DNA from: Lytechinus pictus
Lineage: Eukaryota
Assembly: GCF_037042905.1 (NCBI RefSeq)
Contig: NC_087250.1
Coordinates: 9,612,001 to 9,676,000, forward strand
Length of the DNA stretch: 64,000 nucleotides
Reading direction: 5' to 3'
Positions 37,701-49,700 of this stretch are shown piece after piece. The position numbers were made by a program, and so were the translations under genes. Under the pieces are notes generated by a model. That model worked only from the letters and a program-made list of their open reading frames with translations. It was not told where the DNA came from and ran no database searches. The stretch's first letter is position 1. Each line of letters begins with the position of its first letter.

Positions 37701-40700
37701 TCAAATAAGTTCCCTGACTACTTTTCATTACAACAAACAGGAATTGTTTCTCGCCAAAGGGATAAATAGTAAAATGAAAGACTGGTATTAGTTATTCATG
37801 CAAGTTCCTTTTTTACTTTCCATTACAGCAAATGGGAATGGTATCTCACCAAGGGGGTTCCAGTCTCCTAAATCAGCTCCAGTAAGGTCAGCAGAGTCAG
37901 AGGAACCTATTGAGTTGCTTGCTATGAGGACAGAGAGAGATGTGGTAAGAGAAAACTTATTGAAATAATAGAAATAACCCTAACAACAAATTTTAATTGG
38001 AATAGGAAGATGGAGAAGAGTAAGACAGAAGAAGAGGAAGAAGAAGAAGGAGAAGAAGAAGATGAAGAAGACAGAGAAGAAGAAGGAGAAGAAGAAGTAG
38101 GAGGAGGAGGATGAGGAGAGGGAGCCATAAGGACACATAATAAGTAGAGGAAGAATAAATATACAAATTATTTATTCAAGTTGAAATATGCAGCAATGAA
38201 ATAAAAAAATGCTTCATGTAATGTTATCAATGTGAAGAATACATTTTATCACACCTACAAAGCCTACATATAATTGATATCCTGAATTTAATTTTCGCTA
38301 TTCACAGGAAATTCTAAATCACTGCTTCGATGACATTGAGGCATTCATCGGCAGACTACAGAAAGCTGCCGAGGCATACACAGAGCTAAGCCGGAGACGT
38401 CAGACCAGGAAGAATCGTCGGAGGGAACATGGTGATGGTCTCTTATTGGCTAGGTCAAGACCCCCTACGGATGGGGAATATATTGAGTGCTTCCAAAAGT
38501 TCAAATACTGTTTCAATTTACTGGTAAGTTTGTGAGCAGCACACATTCGATGAGAGGACTTATTCTTCGAATCTATCAAGTAGGGATAAGAAATTTTCTT
38601 TCTGGATTCCAAAGCCGGTCTGGTTTAAAAAAAAAAGGTTTTCAGATAGATGGATGTCAGAAATTTCAACCCAATAAACAAATAGAAATCAATCGATATT
38701 TCAGTTCCAAACAGTCAAAATTCTCTACAATAAATTAACTTTATAACGAAATTCATTTCCAGACCATAATCAAAGATATTGAAGCAGATAATATGTCTTA
38801 ACTCGCTTTCTGATCTAAAATGGCTATTCTGACAATGTCTCTTACCCTAGCTTGTGTAATACAGTGTGCAAATGAATTGGCCATAAGATTTATGATGCTG
38901 TACATGCACATGTATAATATTATTGTTATGTATCATTGATTCTACTATCAATCCACTCCAACTCTTTCTTACTTCTTCCAGGCAAAGCTGAAAGCCCACA
39001 TCCACGACCCCAACGCCCCCGAGCTGGTCCACTTCCTCTTCGTCCCCCTGAAGCTGATCATCCAGAGTTGTCAAGGTCCAGAACTCGCTGCCAGCGTGGT
39101 CTCTCCCCTTCTGAGCCCCCAGGCGGTGGACCTCCTACAGAACTGCCTCACGTCTCGAGAGAATGAGCTTTGGATGTCTCTTGGCAGGGCTTGGACCTTA
39201 CCATCGTAAGTAACCCTCAGCCTGTTCAGTCCTGGGGCCCGTCTTACAAAGAGTTGCGATTGATCCAATCACAAGTAACTCTATGGAAATACATCAGTGC
39301 CATAACTTTTTTTCTACAGGAAATTTGCAAAATATCCTTTGTAAACAAAGGAGAACACACCAAATTATTAAGAAATCAATGAATTCATGGATATACATTC
39401 ATATCTAGAAAATCTTTTGAACAAACATGCATTTTATATGTTGACTTAGCTGGCTGTCCATAGTTGCGATTGATCGGATCAATCACAACTCTTTGTAAGA
39501 CGGGGCCCAGGATTCTTCAGGCATCTTGTCAAATTGTTGTCTGTGCGAAATCTATTAACAGGAATCCTGTATAATTATCCTATGAATCTTTTCACGGTGA
39601 CCCGACATTTGCTCCTGCGAAAATTGCTCCTGGCTTCAATTTGTCTAAGATGTGGGGTTGGGGTTGCAGTAGGGTTTTATGTTAGGTTTAGGGTAGGGTA
39701 TAGTGTTAATCTAGGGTTGAAGTTGGCGATTCTATTAATGTGTGGAGTCTAGAGTGGAGCAATTGTCGCTGGAGTAAATGTTGTGGAACCCTTTCATAGT
39801 GTCTTTCCTGCATTCCCTCTAAATTAACGTGTAGAAATCTAACGATCGATTATGGAAAGCAGCTTGCAGGAATCCTTCAGGAAAGACGTGGCTGTGAAAA
39901 GCCTTGTGGGATTCCTTTGGGAAAGGCATGGCTCTCATATTTGATTTGTTGTCCTTGGGCTAATACTCGCATGGTTGTCTTGAAATTAAGTGTAATTTTA
40001 TTTCTTTTTTTTTATATTATGTTGGAAAATCTGTTAATCTTGAATAAAGTTCTGAACTATGGTTTAATTCAAACTCTGTTATGAAGTTATGGTTTATCTA
40101 TGGATAGCCAATTGTGACACAAATCAATATATTTGCAATTCATCAGCTCATGTGACCCTAAATTCACTCAGACACTCTGGGAATAATGACTAAAACAGTT
40201 TTTTTCAAGCAAGTACAAGGTAAGAGCACAGTAAATAATAATAATAATAATAATATAGGGTATTTATATTTCGCACATATCCACCTTGTTAGGTGCTCAA
40301 GGCGCTCCTATATTACCCGGCTAAGCTAGGCGTTCATAGCGCACACAGGTTTTTAAGGAATTACTTCCTACCGGTACCCATTCACCTCACCTGGGTTGAG
40401 TGCAGCACAGTGTGAATCAGTTTCTTGCTGAAGGAAATTACGCCATGGCTGGGATTCGAACCCACGACCCTCTGTTTCAAAGTCCGAAGACTAATCCACT
40501 GGGCCACAACGCCATCTATATGTACATTGTTTTGACAAAGTTTACTCTCCATAACCCTTGCACAGGGATAGACCATTGACTTTGGAATATGGGCCTACAA
40601 TACATGTATGTAACAAATCTACCATGTTGATTTAGTTCAGTTGAAATACCATACACTCTCATGCAGCATTACCGATAATCTTGTACCATTAATCCCTGCA

Positions 40701-43700
40701 GAACCGAATGGCCCAAGGATCGCCCCGTCTCCCGCTACGTCCCGCGCTTCCGCGATGGATGGACACCGAGACCTATCACTGAACCCCAGACTCATCAAGA
40801 CTTCAATACCAGCGTGCTGGTCAACAATGCGTCAGTTGCCGCCAGTGCTGCTGCAGTGGCTCGGGAGTCGCCAAGGAGGCTCTCTGAGAGGGTAAGAGAG
40901 ATTGGGCTTTGATAGAGATATATTGCTGGTCAATGAAAAATGTGTGTGAAAGCATAATCGGTTAGTCTTAAACAGTTCGAGTAACTATGAGATATCTCAA
41001 ACAAATTCATGACAAAGTTTTTTATCCTTTCTTGATTGAATTCCATTAAGTATGGTGTACATTGAATTGCTTGCATTAGAAAGATGATAAACAAGTAATT
41101 TTATTCATGAATATGAAGTAGCAAAGCATTGTATATTGCACACAACTGTGAATTTTAATGTGACTTTTATAGTCACCTTTCAATCTTTAGTGGAACACCT
41201 AATATATATAAACCTATGATGGTACTATAATTTTCCAATAATGATGAATTAGCAAGGGAGCATCGTGGTGTACCGGTTCTGACTCTCACCTTGTAATCAG
41301 AGGGTCATGTGTTTGAATCCCACCATGGCCTATAGCATCCTTTGGCAAGGCATCAATCCAAAATTTGCCACTCTCGACCCAGGTGTTAATGGGTACCTGG
41401 GAGTGGAGAAGGTGCATACATTGTATGCGGGCATGCCAGGATCTAATGACTGGGGTAATAATATATCTGTAAAGCGCTTAGAGATGTCATTCCGATGTAT
41501 TTAGCGCTATATAAAAGTGGATTGTTATTATTACTTGATTATCTGCTGAGCCTTGTGACCAGAGTAGGAAGTCCTCAATAATACAGACCCTGGATTTTCT
41601 TCTCCGAAAGTAAAATCCTCCCTTGTCCCTTCCCTTTCTTTAATTTCGCAGAGCGATCAAGCGGACGGCCCGGTTTTCGGCCACAACCATCAAAGGCAAC
41701 CTTCCAACGATAGCGGACACATCGCTAACGGGCCGATCATCCATAGCAACGGGCCCAATGCCCACTCAAATGGACCCAGTACTCACACGAACGGTCCAGC
41801 TACTCACACAAACGGGCCCATCGGTCACTCACATGGACCTTCCATCCATGCTAATGGGAACGGTTACCATCAGCGACAGACCTCGGACCCATTGGCCCAT
41901 AGTCCTAGGTAAGATTTTAGGCATTGGTTCACATTAATAATCATTACCATAATTCCCCTTAGGCAAGAATATCTGAAGACAACGAAAATGAAAAGATTCA
42001 ACAATCCCTTCAAATCCCTGTTGCAAAAATTTCTTGCAAAACCTTTTATATTCAGATCAGAAATAGTAAAAGGTTCAGATAAATATTTTTTTTGGGTGTA
42101 CTTTAATCTTTTTTTCTGTTCTTCTTACATAGGACTTCAGCAGTTCCTACCCCTCCCCCTCCAGCTCCGAAGCCAGTATCCAGCCCCACCCCTACCCGCC
42201 CTGGGGCCAAGATGGCGACCGCCATCTTTGATTTCGTCGCACGCAACTTCAAAGAGCTGACCATTATGGCAGATGAACAACTTGAGGTAAATATATTGAG
42301 ATAAGTAGTGGAATCCGAGTAATCATAATAGGCATTAATGCATGTATGTATGAATGACTTTGTGATATTTGACTAATTAAGCAAAAATTCTTCAAAGAGC
42401 TAACCATCATTTCTCCTGAAGATAACAAGAACACACTTGTCAAAACGTCGAGTTTGGGTTGTCCTTCTCAGGACCAACACTTGTTCTAGAAAGATACATG
42501 ATGTCCCGTGAAACCTACTACATTATCCTTCTTCGCCATGGAAACCTTCAGAAGTTACAACAAAATTTCCTCTTCAGTGAAAGACTTGCTGAAATTCCTT
42601 TACCTTAATCAAATAATGATTTATGTTTACAGGAAAAAGTTTAAAGTTTACAGGACTGATGTTACAAAATCATATCAACAGTTTAAAAAATTTGTTAGTA
42701 TCAACTTCTTGTAGGTTCTTGTCTAGGCCAAGATATATACTGCTTTAAACATTGTGAGCATCGACATCAATTAATGATACCTTTCTCTTCTCTGACAGGT
42801 GTTAAATGACCAACGTAAGTGGTGGGAGGTCAGGAATACCTCAGGCCAGTCTGGTTACGTTCCCTCAACGCTCCTCAAGATTACCTCACCCTCTCCAAAC
42901 ACCAACACCAACTCAAATCACGTCCCAGAGCCGCCAAACACGCTACCGCCCCCTCCTCCATCTATGTCAACGTTTGGAGTGAGTATACATGTTGGTGCAA
43001 TAGGATTGTAAACGTATGTGACCTGCCCCCCAAAACCAGCAATAAGTCAACCAAATTGATTATTGCAACTTCTATTGAGCTTAAGAATTCACTTCCTAAG
43101 CTTTAAAATGATATATACATGTAATATGTTAAAATTTACCAACAATAACCATTACAAGTACTTGATTGAATGCAGAGGAAACTTTGCAAGAGCTTGTTTG
43201 GGGTTCACTCAAGCATGAGATGTGCATACCGAGTAATCTCAGTGAAACTTCCAAGCAGTCCAAAAAAGATGTGTCCAAGAAACTCTTGTATCCTTTCTTT
43301 TATTCAACTTCAAATTTCACAGTATGAAGAAGAATTGCTCTTTCAGATAAGCTATTTTTTTATTTTTGGTTTTTAGAGACTAATTACTCTAATTTTGGCT
43401 ATTTACAGTGATCCTTCCCTGACGGCTTATTGGTGATTTTGGGGTGGTATGTCACATATGTACATGTATTCCTGCTTTCTCTATTGAAATGGTAGGATTA
43501 GACAAAGAAGTGAAGGGGCCGAGTTGCTTTTGTGATTGACAATTGTAATTGTAATGTCCCCTAGTCTCACTAAGGTCCCGTTACACTAAGGTTAGCGATT
43601 AATTGCATGCTTTATTTTCTTGATTAATCATACAATGGAGTCAATGCAATCAATCATAAACAATGTTCTACAGCGATTGCTAAGTTTGTGTTGCAGGTCA

Positions 43701-46700
43701 CAGGATAGTTTTTCATGAAAGGTGTCAGATTCAACAAATTTTTCTCTGGAAATGAATTGTGCTGTGCTTGCTCGCTTTGTGATGCATACTAAAGTTGGTT
43801 ATATTTTTTTGGTTGTTGTTTTAGGCCCCGCCCCCTCCTCCACCACCACCCCCAGCCGACGGGTCAGGTAGACCAAATTCAACTCAAAGTAAGTATCACT
43901 CTAGTTATGTAATTATCTACTAAATTGTACTATTTTGTCTTTTCGTATTTGTTAATTTCTTTGATCTTTGTTTCTTTTTTTTCTTCTTTTTTTTTGAGGC
44001 TCTAAATCTATTTTTTTCCTGTTTTTCTTTTCTTTGATTTTTGAGGGTTTGTTCGTACATGTAATTGCTTTTGTCCTTTCCTTTAACCTTCCGCCCTTCA
44101 ATCTCGTCTCCATTTCTAATATTAATACTAATAATGTTATATTTTTACCCAGGGTAGCCACTTCAGTTCTGAAAACTGTTCTACCAGCTGGCCCTGCTTA
44201 ACATCATAATGTTTTTCCTTCTTTATATCTCTTTATTTTGTGTTTACTGTGGATTTGTTTCTGTTTCATTCTTTATTTATTGCCCTTAGAATGCTTTGAA
44301 ATAAGTTGGCTTACATGTATATATAAACAGTGAGAGTAAATAATAGAACTTCAGATATATTTCATTCTTGGTTTCGTAGAGATTAGTTTATACATGAACT
44401 CAGAAGTAGTTATTTATCTGTGTTACCATTCTTTTTTACTTACTGTTTTTTTTTCTTACTATGTTTCTTCAAGTACCCAAGGGTTGTAATCAGCACTTGA
44501 AATGCAACATTGACACCGTTTTCTTTATACTTTCTAAAACTAGTTTACTGGAAATCGGTTCAGGAAACCGGTTTGGAAGATCGCTTTGCTAGCGTTCCCA
44601 TTTGATCAGCCGCAAGTGTTTTTTGAAACCACTTCACATAATGTGGCTTTGTTGCTATGAGAACGCTGTCAGTGGGGGTGACATGTTTTGCGCAAAATTT
44701 GAAATTGCAGCGTGGACATTCTACACACAGTGTGTGGAGGAGCGCGCTTTAAATGTGCGAAGATTGCTTCCGAAAAACGGTTGTGTCCTCACGCTAAAAC
44801 AAGTTTAACAAGGGAAAGCAATCTTGAAAACTACATTGGGAGGTGGTTTTTTGAACTGGTTTGGAAGATCACTTCCAATACTGCTTGGACCGTTCTCATT
44901 ACAAGTTAAACTAGTTTCCACTAAACTGGTTTTAGGGCGGTAATGAGAACGGGGTCATGATAATCAGCCTTTATTGGTTGTTCTTTTCTTTTGATTGTTT
45001 CTTAATGATTTATTATCTTTCAGAAGCAAATGGTATGGACTTTGCCACGCAGCTCCAAAACACATTAAAGAACAAACAGTTAAGACCATCAAAGACACAG
45101 GACAGAGGTGAGTGGTACCAGCATGAACCAACTCTAAAGTTAAATAAATTTAGTTGCGGTAAATACTGATTTCAAGAGAAAGCCTGTAAAACCAAGGTTA
45201 ATTGTCACTACACCAATGTAAATCTAAATCTGATGCAGTTATATCAAATGGACTTTGTGAAAAACGATCACACTGAATGAATTCCTGATTTAACTTTAAG
45301 TGATCAGTTTAATTTACATTTTATTAGCATGTGGGCAACTCAAAAAAAAATAATCCCTTTTTCCTTCGTCCCACCTCCATTTCACTCGATTCTTCCTGTA
45401 CTTGTGTGATGTGCTCAGGTCCTCATAATTTCTAAGCATTACAATTTTTCAAGTGAACTAGAAAACACAGACAATTTATTCCAGTTAAGTACCACATGTA
45501 GACGAACAGATGTACAATTTTTTGGGGGGAATTTCCCATTGTCAACTGATATCATTTTAAAGTGTACAAGTAATTGAAATGATTTCAATACATTTACCCC
45601 AGCGACAACATGGCGAACATGGATAATCAGAATAATTTTATTACATTTAAGCTGGCGGTTTCTTGGAGTATTTTGATGTCTACACCATACATGCCATACA
45701 ATGAACTCTTTGATATCTCTTAAATTATCCTAATCATCAGATTTTTTAACCAAGAACACTAATCCAATCCTCACCCTAATACTTCATCCCCAGAAAAATT
45801 ATGACAGAAAGATAATTGTTGAAATAGTTTTCACATTACTAATTTATCATCATAACGGTTTTTATATTAAAGCTAAGTTCAAGTTCTGGTATAGAAACTT
45901 AATTTTGTTAGGAAATAGTTGGAAGCAATCTTAAAGTATTTGCCGTATGCCAGAATGCTTATTTAGAACAACAAAGTTTAATTAAAATAATTCAGGCTTG
46001 CTAGAGCGGGGGTTTCAGATTCCAGTGACCCGGGTTCAATTCCCACTTGGTGCGCTAGTGCCCTTTGGTAAGGCATTCATCCCCATTAGTAGGTCCCTCT
46101 GAGAGGACCTTAAGCCGTCGATTCTCTGGTTGCTTGCTTACAAGCATTCATGCTTTCTTAGCAATCAGATACAAAAATCACCACTATAACCATATTACTA
46201 CATGCTTTTCCTGGTGCGTAGCTAATACAGGAAACATCGTGTGGGACCACATCGTGATAGAAAAGCATTTTTCAGTAATTTTTCTGATCTTCTATTGCTT
46301 ATTATTACTCTGTAATTATTCATTGTCCTGAAAGATCATTTCATAAATTTCATTTATAGTTTTTATAATTGAATGGAAGTTTTGTTCTGTGACTGTGAAC
46401 ACAAAATTTTCTGTTGTTACCAGTACCAGAGTTTACCTTTAAATATTTTATCATCTGTCTGCAGCATTGTCATCTAGCAGTCAGTACGACACCCTCCAGG
46501 AAGAGCTCAAGAATCGCGTCAGCAACGGAGGAAAGGCAAAGAATTACCGCATTCCAAGGCGAAGTATCAGCGATGTCTCCCTGACGTACGATTCTGGTCG
46601 GGACGATGTGAAGAGATGGCTTGAATCCAAAGGTTTCAGTCCCATGTAAGTTGTCTGGAATGATGGCTGGTAGAAAGAGAAATACAGAGGGTAGTAGTGA

Positions 46701-49700
46701 CAGAGTGTGAGAAAGCTAGTTGATTTAAATGAATTAAGTATTTTTGGAAATGCCCCTACCCCTACCAACTCCCTTCCTATCTTCCCATAAAGATAATATA
46801 GAAAAACATCAGATGTTAGCAGTCTAGACTCTAAATTCTGATATTGGACACCGATCACCGATACCATGTCTTTGCTTTATACCATTCCATTCTAATGTAC
46901 ACCTTATCACATAGGACTGTGCACAGTCTTCAAATTCTGAATGGTGCCCAGTTGTTTAGTCTAATCAAAGAATTGTGTATGTTCATGCCATCATCTCCAT
47001 TATTTGGTAAGATTCTGGAAAGAGTCTATTCTTTGAGATTGATATAATTTCTCTTGTTCATACCATCCCATTCTTATGTACACCTTATCACAAAGGACTG
47101 TGCACAGTCTTGGAATCTTGAATGGTGCCCAGTTGTTTAATCCAAGCAAAGAAGTGTGTATATTTATGCCATCACCTCCATTTTTTTTTAGATTCTGGAA
47201 AGAGTCTAATCTTGGAGATTGATATAATTTCTTGTGCTTATTATGTATCATTCTTATGTACACCTTATATGATATGAATGTGCACAGTCTTGGCATCTTG
47301 AATGCTGCCAAGTTGTTTAGTCTAAGCAAAGAAGTGTGCATGTTCATGCCATGATCTCCTTTATTTCTTAAGATTCTGGATGGAGTCTTATAGATTAGAT
47401 TGATATCATTTCTCTGGCTTATACTGTCCCATTCTTATGTACACGTTATCGTATAGGACTGTGCACAGTCTTGGAATCTTGAATGGTGCCCAGTTGTTCA
47501 GCCTTACCAAGGAAGAACTGCAGCAGGTTTGTCACGACGATGGCTCCAGGGTATACTCCCAGCTCATGATCCAGAAAGCTGCTCTACAGGTAACTTTCCA
47601 GACCAGACTTTAAGGGGGTTGTTGCACATAGTTGTAGTTGATTGCGAAATTATGTTGCAATCTATTGCATAATTGTGATGTAATTGATTGCATAATTATG
47701 GCGCAAGTAATTGCAAAATAATGATGTAATTGATTGCGAAATTATGTTGCAATCTATTGCATAATTATATTGCAATTGATTGCAAAATTATGATGTAATT
47801 GATTGCGAAACTATGATGCAAGTTTTTGCAAAATTATGTAATTTATTGCAAAATTGTAGTGCGATTGATTGCATTATTATGATGTAATTGATTTCAAAAT
47901 TGTGCTGCAATTGATTGCATAATAACATGACAATCGATTGCATATTTATTTTGCAATTGATTGCAAAAATATGTTGCACTTTTGTGTAAGCTTGTTTTAT
48001 TTGGTATAATGCACCTTACATGTTTAAAAGTGTCTTCACTTTGTTCATCATTCATCACTCACAATGTTGATCATCACTTAGTGACTTAGTGTAATAAAGA
48101 ATCAATAAAAGGGAACCGACTAGAAAAATATGGAAATAATGATGGTAGAAATAAAATCATAATAGATAATGAAAAGCAACAATAAAGAAGAAATTAAAAA
48201 TGAAAATGAATGAAGAAATAATTGGATGAATGAACATATGAATAACTAAGTAAATCCATAAATAAATGAATACATAAATAATGCATAGATAAATAAATAA
48301 AAAAATAAGTGAATAAGAAATAAAAATAAATAAGTTTATGAAATAAATGAATAGAAGTATTTGAAAGAATATTATATAGAAACATGAAGCACATGAAGTA
48401 AAACAATAAATCAGGTATTAAATAATAAAATGAAATAAAAAAAAATCATAATTGCCAAAATCTAAGGGCTTATGAACCAGTGCCACACCTTTTACCCTTC
48501 CAATTTCTGGCTTGCTACACACAATGTATGGAATGCCTAATGTCCCAGCAAAATTTGCTCAGAAATTTACTCCATCATCCATCCATCATGATAATTTAAC
48601 TCAATATATATTTTGCTGTTCAATGACAAAAGGAAGGAATTCTTTTCTTTTCACAATGGACTTTTTCAATCTGCAGAGTTGCTTCCTTTTGTCATTGGAC
48701 TGCATTATGGATGTTAGGGCATGCTGCGTTATGTGTGCATGTACATTTTGTTTTTCGGTCAGTCCTATATGAATATGTTAATTCTGTGCTCCCCAAAGTT
48801 GTTAATTGCACTAAATAATCGAAAACATTAATTCCGTTTATAGATATTAATTTTTCGGGCATACAAAAAAATTGGGGTTTCAGTGTTATGTAATGTCATT
48901 TCATCACATACCCTCATATTATTTTATATACTCTTCATTGAATTCATATATACACATAGATTCTAGTTTGAGGAGTTAATCATGAAACATGAGGGGAACG
49001 ATTTGAATTCAATTAGATATTGCTTTGGGATTCAGAAAATGAAATAGCTTTTGACCAATACTCTGGTAATTGGTTGATAGAGAGGCTGACATGTCAGTGG
49101 TTTACAGCTTAACACAGATTGCAAAACATGAAAAGTTCAGAAAGGTACAAGTTTGCACACAATTTTCTGTTACAAAATGCAACACAGAAAGACTATTTTG
49201 AAAGGGGTATATACATGTAAATCTGGCAGATGTATGCCTTATATTCATAATCATTGTCATTTTCTGTATTAATTTTTTTTTTATTCCAATTGAATTAATA
49301 TGTAGACCAATACAATACTGCAACTAGTTCGTAGATTCCTGGTGTAATTGTGGATTTTCTGTAATTTTGTTGCAAAGTGTTTTTTACTTTTAACACATTT
49401 AACACACACGTACATACATGTATACCCCTAATACATATCAGCCGGTATTTATAATTAATAGTTGCACATGCTTTTCCCCCATGTGCCTACGGTGGTCCTT
49501 TTAAAATTATGATATATGTTCAATATTCCATCCACTAATATTGTAGTAACCCTTTCATGATGTATGGTATCCCTGTGTGTATTTGTTTTGTCCATGTATA
49601 TTATAAGGGGGATGTGTGATAATTTGATATTAGCCTTTTAGTTTTTAAATAATCCCTAATATATATATTTTTTTCAAATTTTAAAGAAATTGATGTTTTG

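Noticed and set aside
26743..39510. Strict CWG target duplication for MITE family A
   Set aside because: The flanks are CAG/CTG and CTG/CAG, so they are not identical direct repeats and a TSD is not claimed for these two copies.
39650..39725. Telomere-like ttaggg motifs
   Set aside because: They are degenerate and internal to a small TIR element, not a telomeric array.
46844..47347. A second EPS8 paralogue or multiple SAM domains
   Set aside because: Only about 19 codons are copied per unit and they are followed by intron-derived sequence with stops. Reported instead as a junction duplication.
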